DNA of 64,000 nt from Ruminococcus sp. (lineage in GTDB: Bacteria; Bacillota; Clostridia; Oscillospirales; Acutalibacteraceae), in the NCBI GenBank assembly GCA_004555265.1, contig SFIQ01000017.1, positions 11,431 through 75,430 on the forward strand, read 5' to 3'. Positions 18,081 to 27,604 of this stretch are shown here, piece by piece. Both the position numbers and the translations under genes were made by a program. Numbering within the stretch: position 1 is the first letter of the stretch; each line of letters opens with the position of its first letter. The notes under the pieces are model-generated. The model did not search any database. It worked only from the letters and a program-made list of their open reading frames with translations, and was not told the origin of the DNA.

Positions 18081-18115
18081 GCAAGGCAAGGGTTTATCCC
18101 TTGCCTTGCTTTTTT
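18081..18115 (+). terminator. Strong intrinsic terminator closing the cohesin-dockerin operon
   Basis: A perfect 12-bp stem (GCAAGGCAAGGG/CCCTTGCCTTGC) with a 5-nt loop and TTTTTT. Confidence 0.85.
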
Positions 18116-18159
18116 GCGTGCAGGTTACGGTGAAAATCCACGCTTGCAAAGCAATACGC

Positions 18160-19065
18160 GCGTAGGGGGCGACGAGATTCCCCTGTTAGGGGAAATGTCG
18201 AGCGGCGACAAAGGGGTAATGGCGCAGCCGTAACTCGCCGACCCGAAAATGATGAATAATGAAAAATGAATAATGAAAAATTGTAGGGGTGAACTGTGTT
18301 CGCCCGCCCGCTTGTCATTCTGAGCCGACAGGCGAAGAATCTCGTTTCGTATATTTTTATTTTGCGCTATTGGAGATCCTTCGCTTCGCTCAGGATGACA
18401 AATTTGGGTTTGTAGGGCAAACGCATTCTATTTCTTGCGTAGGGGGCGACGACTCGGCGCCCCGTTTGTAGGGGCGGGTTTCCACGCCCGCCCGTAGATT
18501 TTGATGTGATTTTGCGGAACAACACGGAGGTTGTTCCCTACTCGTAGGGGCGAACTGTGTTCGCCCGCATAATTTGATATAATTTTGCGGAACTGTCAAG
18601 ACCGTTTCCTACGATTGTAGGGGCGATTCACGAATCGCCCGCCGTTTCCGCCCCTCCGAGAGAGGGCATAAGCGGCGAGAGCAAGCCCCCGCCCTACCAT
18701 AGAAATTCCATTTCATGCGTAGGGGGCGACGACTCGGCGCCCCGTTTGTAGGGGCGGGTTTCCACGCCCGCCCGCCAATTTTGATGTGATTTTGCGGAAC
18801 AACATGGAGGTTGTTTCCTACTCGTAGGGGCGAACTGTGTTCGCCCGCGTAATTTGATATAATTTTGCGGAACGGTCAAGACCGTTCCCTACGGGTTGTA
18901 GGGGCGATTCACGAAATTTCGTGCGTAGGGGGCGCCGAGTCGTCGCCCCCTACGCTCGCATTACAGTTTGCCCGTTCCGTAATTCAAAGCAAATCCCGCG
19001 GCGGGAGCAAAATTCTCCGAATTCGGGCACCTTGCGGCGGGGGCAAGCCCCCGCCCTACCCTAAT
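18160..19065. repeat. Repeat island E: about 0.9-kb mosaic of GTAGGG-headed hairpins, including a 280-bp-offset tandem duplication
   Basis: I hand-counted 17 GTAGGG/CCCTAC heads. Doublets lie at 18468-18541, 18544-18612, 18748-18821 and 18824-18892. There is a GTCATTCTGAGC../..CAGGATGAC inverted pair at 18314-18399. Confidence 0.9.
18246..18292. repeat. Right arm of the inverted repeat bracketing the island (AAAATGATGAATAATGAAAAATGAATAATGAAAAATTGTAGGGGTGA)
   Basis: Its reverse complement aligns with 8931-8980. Confidence 0.6.
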
Positions 19066-19292
19066 CCTGTATTTCGTTTGTTCCAAAAACACCCCCCACA
19101 ACCCCCAATTTAACTTCAACCTTTCGCAACCGTGGGTGGTTGTTGGGGCGCACGCACCTTGGAGGCACAGCACAAAAACGAGCCAAAACACAACATCTTG
19201 TGCCCGAAAAACGGAGTAGAACTATAAAAAATCCAAAATTTTTAAAATCGAAAAAATTTGTTTGGATTCACGAATTTTTTTGAAAAAAATTG

Positions 19293-19321
19293 TTGCTTTT
19301 TTCTAAACACTATGCTAAAAT
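19293..19321 (+). promoter_or_regulatory. S10-operon promoter (TTGCTT-17 nt-TAAAAT with an extended -10 TG)
   Basis: TTGCTT at 19293-19298, TG at 19313-19314 and TAAAAT at 19316-19321. An A/T-rich UP-like tract lies upstream. Confidence 0.65.
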
Positions 19322-19641
19322 AGTCAGGCACGCGTGGAAAAGGGGCTTGCCATGCCCATTTTTACGCGACTTGATATGCGATGATGCGGTAGGTGGCTGC
19401 ACTTAGATGCAGGGAATTACCGCGGAGTATGTCCGATTACAAACCGGGCGACCCATAACAGTGTCTCACTCCGGCGAGCGTACCCCAACTGCGCTTTCCG
19501 TGACTCCCGTGGACATTGTGCGCTTTTCTCTGCCGTCCGAATGCCGTTTTGGTTTTCGGTTTTTTAACGAAAGGTTCGTAAACACCCGGCAGGGTTGCAA
19601 GAAAAGCGCTTGCCCTGACTTTTTAAAGGAGGCAAACAAAC
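19322..19641 (+). promoter_or_regulatory. About 310-nt structured leader of the S10 operon with a terminator-like hairpin abutting the RBS (candidate attenuator)
   Basis: Nested helices include GCGGTA..TACCGC enclosing CTGCA..TGCAG. The hairpin at 19590-19617 (CAGG+GCAAG / CTTGC+CCTG) is followed by ACTTTTT and then AAAGGAGG. Confidence 0.45.
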
Positions 19642-19959
19642 ATGGCAGCAGCAAAAGGCAAGAAAATCCGTATCAGACTGAAAGGCTATGACCACGATTT
19701 GGTGGACAGAGCAGCCGAGAAAATCGTTGAAACCGCAAAGCGCACCGGCGCACAGGTTTCCGGTCCCGTGCCGCTTCCGACCGAAAAAGAAGTCGTAACC
19801 ATTCTTCGCTCCGTTCACAAAGACAAAGACAGCCGCGAACAGTTTGAACAGAGAACGCACAAACGGCTCATCGACATCCTCAGACCTTCAAACAAGACCG
19901 TTGAAGCTCTGACCGGCCTTGAGCTTCCCGCAGGCGTAGACATCGAAATTAAACTGTAA
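19642..19959 (+). CDS. rpsJ: 30S ribosomal protein S10
   Basis: 105 aa with ..[11 protein letters not shown]... First gene of the S10-spc-alpha cluster. Confidence 0.97.
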   Translation: MAAAKGKKIRIRLKGYDHDLVDRAAEKIVETAKRTGAQVSGPVPLPTEKEVVTILRSVHKDKDSREQFEQRTHKRLIDILRPSNKTVEALTGLELPAGVDIEIKL

Positions 19960-20025
19960 TCTCGGTAGAAACGCTTACAGGTCATGTTGGCAACCGCCAA
20001 CCAATAACCAAAGGAGGAATACACA

Positions 20026-20658
20026 ATGCAAAAAGGTCTTATCGGTAAAAAAATCGGCATGACACAGCTTTTTGACGAGAACGGCAAGGTTATCCCCGTG
20101 ACCGTCGTAGAAGCAGGTCCGTGCGTCGTTGTCCAGAAAAAGACAACGGAAAATGACGGCTATGAAGCCGTTCAGGTTGGCTTCGGTGATGTCAAAGTCC
20201 AAAGAGTGAACAAGCCGCAGGCAGGTCACTTCAAAAAGGCAGACGTTGCACCGAAAAAGGTACTCAAAGAGTTCAGACTGGACGATTGTTCCGCGCTGAA
20301 CGTCGGCGACATTCTCAAAGCAGACGTGTTCGCTGTCGGTGACAGAGTGGATGTTGTCGGCACCAGCAAAGGTAAGGGCACCGCGGGCGCAATCAAGCGC
20401 TGGAACTTCTCCCGCTTGAAAGAAAGCCACGGTACCGGCCCTGTTGCACGCCACGCAGGTTCCTTGGGCGCTTGCTCCGACCCCTCCCGCGTTTACAAGG
20501 GGAAGAAGCTCGCCGGTCACTTGGGCGCTGAGCGTGTGACCATTCAAAATCTCGACATTGTCAAGGTTGACGCAGAAAACAACCTCATCGCCATCAAGGG
20601 CGCCATTCCGGGCCCCAAAGGCGGCATCGTTGTTCTCGCCGATACGGTGAAAAAATAA
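20026..20658 (+). CDS. rplC: 50S ribosomal protein L3
   Basis: 210 aa with [14 protein letters not shown]. Conserved operon position. Confidence 0.97.
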   Translation: MQKGLIGKKIGMTQLFDENGKVIPVTVVEAGPCVVVQKKTTENDGYEAVQVGFGDVKVQRVNKPQAGHFKKADVAPKKVLKEFRLDDCSALNVGDILKADVFAVGDRVDVVGTSKGKGTAGAIKRWNFSRLKESHGTGPVARHAGSLGACSDPSRVYKGKKLAGHLGAERVTIQNLDIVKVDAENNLIAIKGAIPGPKGGIVVLADTVKK

Positions 20659-20674
20659 GGAAGGAGTGTTTTAA

Positions 20675-21298
20675 ATGGCGAAATTGGCAGTTCTCGACAA
20701 AGCAGGTAAAAAAGTTTCCGACATCGAGCTCGCAGACAGCATTTTTGCAATCGAGCCCAACGAATCGGCAATGCACCTGATGGTTGTCAACTATTTAGCA
20801 AATCAGCGTCAGGGTACGCAGTCCACCCTCACTCGTTCCGAGGTGTCCGGCGGCGGCAAAAAGCCTTGGCGGCAAAAGGGCACCGGCCGTGCCCGTCAGG
20901 GTTCGACCAGAGCACCGCAGTGGACTCACGGCGGCATCGCGCTCGGTCCGAAGCCTCGTGATTACGGCTTTGACGTAAACAAAAAGGTCAGAAGACTTGC
21001 TATGAAGTCCGCGCTTTCCGCGAAAGTTGCGGCAGAGGAAATGATTGTACTGGACAGCTTCGGCGTCGACGCAATCAAGACCAAAGAGGTTGCAGAGGTT
21101 CTCGCCGCAATCAAAGCGGGCAAGAAAACGCTTATCGTTCTGCCTGAAAAGAACGACATCGTTTACAAGAGTGCCCGCAACATTGCCGGTACCAATGTAA
21201 CCCTCGTAAACACGCTGAATGTTTATGACATCTTAAATTGCAACACCATTGTGGTGCTCAAAGATGCCGTTGCAAAAATCGAGGAGGTTTACGCATAA
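20675..21298 (+). CDS. rplD: 50S ribosomal protein L4
   Basis: 207 aa with [15 protein letters not shown]. Confidence 0.97.
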   Translation: MAKLAVLDKAGKKVSDIELADSIFAIEPNESAMHLMVVNYLANQRQGTQSTLTRSEVSGGGKKPWRQKGTGRARQGSTRAPQWTHGGIALGPKPRDYGFDVNKKVRRLAMKSALSAKVAAEEMIVLDSFGVDAIKTKEVAEVLAAIKAGKKTLIVLPEKNDIVYKSARNIAGTNVTLVNTLNVYDILNCNTIVVLKDAVAKIEEVYA

Positions 21299-21591
21299 TG
21301 AAACTTGCACAGGATATTATCCTCCGCCCCGTGATTACCGAGGAAAGCATGATGGGTCAGGCGCTGAAAAAGTACACTTTCAAAGTGGACAAAAAGGCGA
21401 CCAAGCCCGAAATCAAAGCGGCTGTTGAGAAACTTTTCGGTGTGAAAGTCGCAAAAGTCAACACCATCAATGTCCGCGGTCATTTAAGAAGATACGGCAG
21501 ATATGAAGGCTATACCGCCTCTTGGAAAAAGGCTGTCGTAACCTTGACAGAAGATTCCAAGACCATCGAATTCTTCGACGGTATGATGTAA
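21298..21591 (+). CDS. rplW: 50S ribosomal protein L23
   Basis: ATG at 21298 overlaps the rplD stop (TAATG). Sequence begins [17 protein letters not shown]. Confidence 0.95.
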   Translation: MKLAQDIILRPVITEESMMGQALKKYTFKVDKKATKPEIKAAVEKLFGVKVAKVNTINVRGHLRRYGRYEGYTASWKKAVVTLTEDSKTIEFFDGMM

Positions 21592-21656
21592 AATCCCGAC
21601 GATAATGTATGGAGCCCGACATGCTCCGCTAAATCGTTCTAAGGAGAGTGAATGAA

Positions 21657-22490
21657 ATGTCGATTAAAGTCTACAAACCGACAACCAATTCTCGACGCAA
21701 TATGTCGGTTACAGATTATTCCGAACTTTCCAAGGTTGCTCCCGAGAGAAGCCTTCTCGCGCCGCTCAATAAAAAAGCAGGCCGCAACAGTTACGGAAGA
21801 ATCACCGTTCGCCACAGAGGCGGCGGCAACCGCAGAAAATATCGTATTATCGATTTCAAACGCGATAAGACCGATATGCCTGCAACCGTGCTCACTTTGG
21901 AGTACGACCCCAACCGTTCCGCGCATATCGCACTTGTGCAGTATGCGGACGGCGAAAAAAGATACATTCTCGCGCCTGTCGGCTTGAAGGTCGGCGACAA
22001 GGTGGAAGCCGGCGCCAATGCAGACATCAAACCCGGTAATGCACTGCCGTTGAGCGCGATTCCGGTTGGTACCATGGTACACAACGTGGAACTTTACCCC
22101 GGCCGCGGCGGTCAGCTTGCCCGCGCGGCAGGCAACGCGGCTCAGCTCATGGCAAAAGAAGGCGTTTACGCATTGTTAAGACTTCCCTCGGGCGAACTTC
22201 GCAATGTATCCGCTTCTTGTATGGCGACTGTCGGCACCGTCGGCAACGCAGACCATGAAAATGTGAAAATCGGTAAAGCCGGCCGTACCCGTCACCTCGG
22301 CGTTCGTCCGACCGTTCGCGGCTCGGTTATGAACCCGAACGACCACCCGCACGGCGGCGGTGAAGGTAAAGCGCCTGTCGGCCGTCCCGGTCCCTGCACA
22401 CCGTGGGGCAAACCCGCACTTGGCTATAAGACCAGAGCGAAGAAGAACCGTTCCGATAAGTTTATCGTAAGACGTCGTAACGCGAAATAA
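21657..22490 (+). CDS. rplB: 50S ribosomal protein L2
   Basis: ATG at 21657 lies 10 nt after GGAG. Sequence [23 protein letters not shown]. Confidence 0.97.
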   Translation: MSIKVYKPTTNSRRNMSVTDYSELSKVAPERSLLAPLNKKAGRNSYGRITVRHRGGGNRRKYRIIDFKRDKTDMPATVLTLEYDPNRSAHIALVQYADGEKRYILAPVGLKVGDKVEAGANADIKPGNALPLSAIPVGTMVHNVELYPGRGGQLARAAGNAAQLMAKEGVYALLRLPSGELRNVSASCMATVGTVGNADHENVKIGKAGRTRHLGVRPTVRGSVMNPNDHPHGGGEGKAPVGRPGPCTPWGKPALGYKTRAKKNRSDKFIVRRRNAK

Positions 22491-22509
22491 GTCGAAAGGA
22501 GTGTAGAGT

Positions 22510-22791
22510 ATGAGCAGAAGTGTTAAAAAAGGACCTTACGTTGCACCGAAGCTGTTAGCAAAAGTGCAGCAGATGAATGAAAACGGCGAGAAAATCGTCT
22601 TGAAAACTTGGAGCCGCAGCTCGACTATATTCCCGGACTTTGTCGGTCATACGTTTGCCGTCCATGACGGACGCAAGCATGTTCCGGTTTACGTTACGGA
22701 GGATATGGTAGGCCACAAGCTCGGCGAATTTGCGCCGACCAGAACCTTTAAAGGCCATGCCGGTTCCAAAACTTCCAACAACGGTAAATAA
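22510..22791 (+). CDS. rpsS: 30S ribosomal protein S19
   Basis: 93 aa, [11 protein letters not shown].. Confidence 0.97.
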   Translation: MSRSVKKGPYVAPKLLAKVQQMNENGEKIVLKTWSRSSTIFPDFVGHTFAVHDGRKHVPVYVTEDMVGHKLGEFAPTRTFKGHAGSKTSNNGK

Positions 22792-22813
22792 GCAGCAAAG
22801 GAGTGTATAACGA

Positions 22814-23146
22814 ATGGAAGCAACTGCAAAAGTGACCCATGTACGCATTGCACCCCGTAAGGTGCAAATCGTGCTGGACCTCATCAGAAACAAGCCTTGC
22901 GACGAGGCGATGGCAATCCTCAAGTACACACCGAAGGCTGCGTGTGAACCGCTTGGAAAGCTGTTGAAATCCGCAATGGCAAACGCCGAAATGAAAGATA
23001 TGGATACAACACGTCTGTATGTCGCAGCGTGCCGTGTCGATCAGGGCCCGACCTTAAAGCGCATCCGTCCGAGAGACCATGGCAGAGCGTACAGAATCAA
23101 CAAAAAGACTTCGCACATCAGTATTGTGCTCAAAGAAGCAGAATAA
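22814..23146 (+). CDS. rplV: 50S ribosomal protein L22
   Basis: 110 aa. Conserved operon position. Confidence 0.96.
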   Translation: MEATAKVTHVRIAPRKVQIVLDLIRNKPCDEAMAILKYTPKAACEPLGKLLKSAMANAEMKDMDTTRLYVAACRVDQGPTLKRIRPRDHGRAYRINKKTSHISIVLKEAE

Positions 23147-23165
23147 GCGAGGAGGAGGTAAAACT

Positions 23166-23837
23166 ATGGGTCAGAAAGTAAATCCCACCGGTCTTCGTAT
23201 CGGTGTCATTAAAGACTGGGATTCCCGCTGGTATGCCAGCAAAAAGGACTTCGGCGACACGCTTGTCTCCGACAATCAGCTCCGTAAATATCTCCTCGAA
23301 ACCCTCGCGCCCGCAGGCGTTCCGAAGGTAGAAATCGAAAGAGATGCCAAAAGAGTCCGCATCAACATTCACTGCGCAAAGCCCGGTATGGTTATCGGCA
23401 AAGGCGGCGCAGAGATTGAAAAACTCAAAGAAACTTGCAAAAAGAAACTCGGCGGTGACAAGGATGTTTACATCAACATCGTCGAAATCAAACAGCCCGA
23501 CCTCAATGCACAGCTCGTTGCGGAGAACATTGCTTCGCAGTTGGAGCGCCGCATTTCGTTCCGCCGCGCGCTCAAACAGAGCATCGGCAGAACCATGAAG
23601 CTCGGTGCAAAGGGTATCAAAACACAGGTCAGCGGCCGTTTGGGCGGCGCGGAAATCGCGCGTTCCGAACACTATCATGAAGGCACGATTCCGCTGCAAA
23701 CCATCCGTGCAGACATCGACTACGGCTTTGCCGAGGCAAAGACAACCTACGGTCGTATCGGCGTAAAGGTTTGGATTTACAAAGGCGAAGTGCTCCATGA
23801 CAACCGCAAGCCTCAGAAGGAAGGAGGCACAAAATAA
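23166..23837 (+). CDS. rpsC: 30S ribosomal protein S3
   Basis: Start at [13 protein letters not shown] (23166). KH-domain pattern. Confidence 0.96.
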   Translation: MGQKVNPTGLRIGVIKDWDSRWYASKKDFGDTLVSDNQLRKYLLETLAPAGVPKVEIERDAKRVRINIHCAKPGMVIGKGGAEIEKLKETCKKKLGGDKDVYINIVEIKQPDLNAQLVAENIASQLERRISFRRALKQSIGRTMKLGAKGIKTQVSGRLGGAEIARSEHYHEGTIPLQTIRADIDYGFAEAKTTYGRIGVKVWIYKGEVLHDNRKPQKEGGTK

Positions 23838-24271
23838 TGTTACTGCCGAAAAGAGTAAAATACCGCAGAGTCCACAGAGGTCGTCTGACCGGTAAAGCGA
23901 CAAGAGGCAATAAAGTCACCTACGGCGACTATGGTCTTGTGTCTCTGGAACCGGCTTGGATTACTTCCAACCAAATCGAAGCCGCCCGTATCGCCATGAC
24001 GCGTTACATTAAGCGTGGCGGTCAGGTTTGGATCAAAATTTTCCCGGATAAGCCGATTACCGAAAAGCCGGCTGAAACCCGCATGGGTTCCGGTAAAGGC
24101 TCGCCCGAATACTGGGTGGCCGTTGTCAAGCCCGGCAGAGTGATGTTTGAAATTGCAGGCGTTCCCGAAGAGACCGCGCGCGAGGCTATGCGTCTTGCCG
24201 CGAACAAGCTCCCGGTCAAATGCAAGTTCGTCACCAAGGCACAGCAGGAAGAGGAAGGTGAGCAAGCATGA
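23837..24271 (+). CDS. rplP: 50S ribosomal protein L16
   Basis: 144 aa, [16 protein letters not shown]. Start overlaps the rpsC stop (TAATG). Confidence 0.97.
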   Translation: MLLPKRVKYRRVHRGRLTGKATRGNKVTYGDYGLVSLEPAWITSNQIEAARIAMTRYIKRGGQVWIKIFPDKPITEKPAETRMGSGKGSPEYWVAVVKPGRVMFEIAGVPEETAREAMRLAANKLPVKCKFVTKAQQEEEGEQA

Positions 24272-24471
24272 AAGCAAGTGAAATCAGAAAACTTTCCCCC
24301 TCGGAGTTGGATGCTAAACTCTTGGAGTTAAAGGATGAGCTTTTCAAACTGCGCTTCCAGCAGGCCATCAACCAACTCGACAATCCGATGCGTATTAACG
24401 CCGTGAAAAAGGATATCGCCAGAGTGAAAACCGTTATTCGCGATATCGAGCTGCACGGCGCGCAGTCGTAA
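24268..24471 (+). CDS. rpmC: 50S ribosomal protein L29
   Basis: 67 aa. ATGA overlap with rplP. Confidence 0.95.
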   Translation: MKASEIRKLSPSELDAKLLELKDELFKLRFQQAINQLDNPMRINAVKKDIARVKTVIRDIELHGAQS

Positions 24472-24490
24472 GGAAAGGGAGGGTATTTAG

Positions 24491-24748
24491 ATGAGCGAAA
24501 GAAACCTCAGAAAAACACAGGTCGGTCTTGTAACCAGCGATAAAATGGACAAAACTGTCGTGGTTTCCATCAAAGACAGAGTTCAGCACCCGCTTTACAA
24601 GAAGATTGTGAACCGCACGGTAAAAATCAAAGCCCATGACGAAAAGAACGAGTGCGGCGTCGGCGATAAAGTCCTCGTCATGGAAACCCGCCCCCTCTCG
24701 AAAGATAAGAGATGGCGCGTAGTCGAAATCATTGAGAAAGCGAAATAA
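24491..24748 (+). CDS. rpsQ: 30S ribosomal protein S17
   Basis: 85 aa. Conserved operon position. Confidence 0.96.
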   Translation: MSERNLRKTQVGLVTSDKMDKTVVVSIKDRVQHPLYKKIVNRTVKIKAHDEKNECGVGDKVLVMETRPLSKDKRWRVVEIIEKAK

Positions 24749-24768
24749 TTTCTAAGGAGGCTATTACT

Positions 24769-25137
24769 GTGATTCAACAACAGACTTACCTCAAAGTAGC
24801 CGACAACACCGGCGCGAAGGAAATTATGTGCATTCGCGTTCTCGGCGGTTCCGGCAGAAGGTATGCAAATATCGGCGACGTGATTGTTGCTTCGGTGAAG
24901 AAGGCAGCACCCGGCGGCGTTGTCAAAAAAGGCGACGTTGTCAAAGCAGTCGTCGTTCGTTCGGCAAGCGGTGTGCGCAGAGATGACGGGACTTACATCC
25001 GTTTCGATGAAAACGCAGCCGTATTGATTAAAGAAGACAAAAACCCCAGAGGCACCCGTATCTTTGGGCCGGTTGCAAGAGAGCTTCGTGATAAAGATTA
25101 TATGAAGATTCTTTCTCTTGCTCCCGAAGTACTGTAA
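24769..25137 (+). CDS. rplN: 50S ribosomal protein L14
   Basis: 122 aa with a GTG start, [17 protein letters not shown]. Confidence 0.97.
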   Translation: MIQQQTYLKVADNTGAKEIMCIRVLGGSGRRYANIGDVIVASVKKAAPGGVVKKGDVVKAVVVRSASGVRRDDGTYIRFDENAAVLIKEDKNPRGTRIFGPVARELRDKDYMKILSLAPEVL

Positions 25138-25154
25138 ACGGAGGTGCAGTCAGA

Positions 25155-25472
25155 ATGAATAAGGTTCATGTAAAAACCGGCGATACCGTCGTTGTCATCA
25201 ACGGCAAAAATCGCGGCAAACAGGGCAAGGTTATGCAGGTTGCACCCGCCGAAGGCAAGGTTATTGTGGAAGGCGTTAACGTGGTTACCAAGCATGTGAA
25301 ACCCCGCAAAATGGGCGAAGCAGGCGGCCTTGTAAAAGCGGAAAGTGCATTGTATGCAGATAAGGTTCAGCTTGTCTGCCCCAAATGCGGCAAGCCCACA
25401 AGAGTCGGCCACGAAGGCACCGGCAAAGACAAAAAACGCGTTTGCAAAAAATGCGGCGCAAAATTTGAATAA
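25155..25472 (+). CDS. rplX: 50S ribosomal protein L24
   Basis: 105 aa with a KOW motif and a C-terminal CPKCG..CKKCG zinc-ribbon-like extension. Confidence 0.95.
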   Translation: MNKVHVKTGDTVVVINGKNRGKQGKVMQVAPAEGKVIVEGVNVVTKHVKPRKMGEAGGLVKAESALYADKVQLVCPKCGKPTRVGHEGTGKDKKRVCKKCGAKFE

Positions 25473-25488
25473 GGGAGGGACATAACAC

Positions 25489-26031
25489 ATGGCAGCAAGA
25501 ATGAAAGAAAAGTATCTCGCTGAGGTTGCTCCGGCACTTCAAAAGAAATTCGGCTACAAGAGCGTTATGCAAATCCCGAAGCTCGACAAAATCGTCATCA
25601 ATGTCGGTTGCGGCGAGGCGAGAGACAATTCCAAGGTCATTGACGCAATCACCAAGGATTTGGCACAGATTACCGGTCAGAAGCCCGTTCCCTGCAAGGC
25701 GAAGAAATCCGTTGCGAACTTCAAACTGCGTGAGGGCATGACCATCGGTGTGAAAGTAACGCTGCGCGGCGAGAGAATGTATGAATTCCTCGACAGATTC
25801 TTCAATCTCGCGCTTCCCCGTGTGCGCGACTTCCGCGGTATCAACCCGAACTCCTTTGACGGCAGAGGCAACTACTCCATGGGTATCAAAGAGCAGTTGA
25901 TTTTCCCCGAAATCGAGTATGACAAGATTGACGCGGTTCGCGGTATGGACATTTGCTTCGTTACCACAGCCAATACAGACGAAGAAGCCAGAGAGTTACT
26001 GACTCTCATGGGCGCACCGTTTGCGAGATAA
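25489..26031 (+). CDS. rplE: 50S ribosomal protein L5
   Basis: 180 aa. Conserved operon position. Confidence 0.97.
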   Translation: MAARMKEKYLAEVAPALQKKFGYKSVMQIPKLDKIVINVGCGEARDNSKVIDAITKDLAQITGQKPVPCKAKKSVANFKLREGMTIGVKVTLRGERMYEFLDRFFNLALPRVRDFRGINPNSFDGRGNYSMGIKEQLIFPEIEYDKIDAVRGMDICFVTTANTDEEARELLTLMGAPFAR

Positions 26032-26043
26032 GGAGGGATTACA

Positions 26044-26229
26044 GTGGCCAAAACATCTATGAAAGTCAAACAGGCAAGACCTGCCAAGTATTCGACAAGA
26101 GCTTACAACAGATGCAAAATCTGCGGCCGCCCGCATGCTTATCTGCGCAAATACGGTGTTTGCCGTATCTGCTTCAGAGAATTGGCACACAAGGGTGAAA
26201 TTCCCGGCGTGAAGAAAGCAAGCTGGTAA
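26044..26229 (+). CDS. rpsN: 30S ribosomal protein S14, short zinc-binding type Z
   Basis: 61 aa with a GTG start and CKICG..CRIC. Confidence 0.95.
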   Translation: MAKTSMKVKQARPAKYSTRAYNRCKICGRPHAYLRKYGVCRICFRELAHKGEIPGVKKASW

Positions 26230-26256
26230 GAAAGCAATTGCAAAGGAGGCAAAAGT

Positions 26257-26655
26257 ATGCAAATTACTGATTCCATCGGTGATATGCTCACCAGAATCCG
26301 CAACGCGAGTTCTGCAAAGCATGACACGGTGAAAGTTCCCGCATCCAACATGAAGAAAGCAATTGCGCAGATTCTTGTGGACGAGGGCTATATCAAGAGT
26401 TTCAAAGTGGAAGAAGACGGCAAGCAGGGTATGATTGAAATCGAGCTGAAATACGGCGCGAACAAGGCTCCGGTTATTACCGGCCTTCGCAGAGTTTCCA
26501 AGCCCGGTCTTCGCATTTATACCAACTGCGAGGATATGCCGAAGGTGATGAAAGGCCTCGGCGTTGCAATCCTTTCCACTTCCAAAGGCGTTATGACTGA
26601 CAGAGAAGCCCGCAAAGCCAATGTCGGCGGCGAGGTTCTCGCATATATCTGGTAA
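26257..26655 (+). CDS. rpsH: 30S ribosomal protein S8
   Basis: 132 aa, [17 protein letters not shown]. Confidence 0.97.
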   Translation: MQITDSIGDMLTRIRNASSAKHDTVKVPASNMKKAIAQILVDEGYIKSFKVEEDGKQGMIEIELKYGANKAPVITGLRRVSKPGLRIYTNCEDMPKVMKGLGVAILSTSKGVMTDREARKANVGGEVLAYIW

Positions 26656-26667
26656 GGAGGTTACAGT

Positions 26668-27210
26668 ATGTCCAGAATCGGCAGACAGCCCATCGCTGTT
26701 CCCGCAGGCGTCGATGTAAAAATCGACGGCAGTACTGTTACCGTGAAGGGTCCGAAAGGTACACTTACCAGAACAGTACACAACAATATGAACGTCGAGA
26801 TGGCAGACGGCGCAATTGTCGTTACCCGTCCCGATGACAGCAATCTCAACAAATCCCTGCACGGTTTGACCCGTACATTGCTTCACAATATGGTCGTCGG
26901 TGTGACCGAGGGCTTCAAAAAGGAATTGGAAGTCAACGGCGTCGGTTACCGTGTGGCAAAACAGGGCAAGGATTTGGTGATGAACATCGGTTTCTCGCAT
27001 CAGGTAACGATGCCCGAACCCGAAGGGATTACCATTGAGGTTCCCGCGCCCAACAAAATCATCATTTCCGGTGCCGACAAGCAGAAAGTCGGCCAGTTTG
27101 CGGCAGAAGTACGCGAAAAGCGTCCGCCCGAACCCTATAAGGGCAAAGGCATCAAATATGCCGAAGAGCATATCCGCCGCAAAGAAGGTAAAGCCGGTAA
27201 AGGTAAATAA
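26668..27210 (+). CDS. rplF: 50S ribosomal protein L6
   Basis: 180 aa, [15 protein letters not shown]. Confidence 0.97.
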   Translation: MSRIGRQPIAVPAGVDVKIDGSTVTVKGPKGTLTRTVHNNMNVEMADGAIVVTRPDDSNLNKSLHGLTRTLLHNMVVGVTEGFKKELEVNGVGYRVAKQGKDLVMNIGFSHQVTMPEPEGITIEVPAPNKIIISGADKQKVGQFAAEVREKRPPEPYKGKGIKYAEEHIRRKEGKAGKGK

Positions 27211-27228
27211 TGGAAGGAGTGAAATTCA

Positions 27229-27588
27229 GTGGTTAACAGACCTGACAGCAAAAAGGCGAGACAAAAACGCCATAAAAGAGTCCGTGCAAAAATTTCCGGC
27301 ACCGCAGCGTGCCCGCGTCTTGATGTTTTCCGTTCACTCCAGCATATTTATGCGCAGTTGATCGACGATGTTGCAGGTGTCACCCTTGTGTCGGCATCTA
27401 CAACCGAGAAAGACTTCAAAGACTACGGCGGGAACAAAGACGCCGCGCGCGCAGTCGGCAAATTGCTCGCAGAAAGAGCCGCCGAAAAGAACATCAAAGA
27501 CGTTGTCTTTGACAGAGGCGGTTATGTATATCACGGCAGAGTGGAAGCACTCGCCGAAGGTGCCCGCGAGGGCGGCCTGAACTTCTAA
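27229..27588 (+). CDS. rplR: 50S ribosomal protein L18
   Basis: 119 aa with a GTG start. Conserved operon position. Confidence 0.95.
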   Translation: MVNRPDSKKARQKRHKRVRAKISGTAACPRLDVFRSLQHIYAQLIDDVAGVTLVSASTTEKDFKDYGGNKDAARAVGKLLAERAAEKNIKDVVFDRGGYVYHGRVEALAEGAREGGLNF

Positions 27589-27604
27589 GAAAGGAGAAAT
27601 GACA

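Noticed and set aside
9276-18115. The island as a prophage, ICE or transposon.
   Set aside because: There is no integrase, transposase, tRNA attachment site or phage gene in or next to it. Its codon usage looks host-adapted. Only the flanking inverted repeats hint at mobility, and those are reported separately.
18160-19065. Possibility that the repeat arrays are CRISPR arrays.
   Set aside because: There is no single constant repeat alternating with unique spacers of fixed length. Many different hairpin units occur in both orientations, and there are no cas genes in the window.
19075-19292. A possible tRNA or small RNA gene between island E and the S10 promoter, and elsewhere in intergenic DNA.
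   Set aside because: I found no T-loop (GGTTCGAATCC-like) or cloverleaf-compatible sequence, and none of the conserved boxes of RNase P, tmRNA or SRP RNA that I can recall. The region is A/T-rich and promoter-proximal.
25996-27171. Long antisense ORFs opposite strong genes. Examples are 702-1868(-), 13427-14731(-), 25996-27171(-), 27334-28092(-), 28471-29550(-) and 54511-55758(-).
   Set aside because: These are shadow frames of GC-rich coding sequence. The sense-strand genes have unmistakable conserved products (M42 peptidase, r-proteins, SecY, SMC), and the antisense translations are low-complexity.
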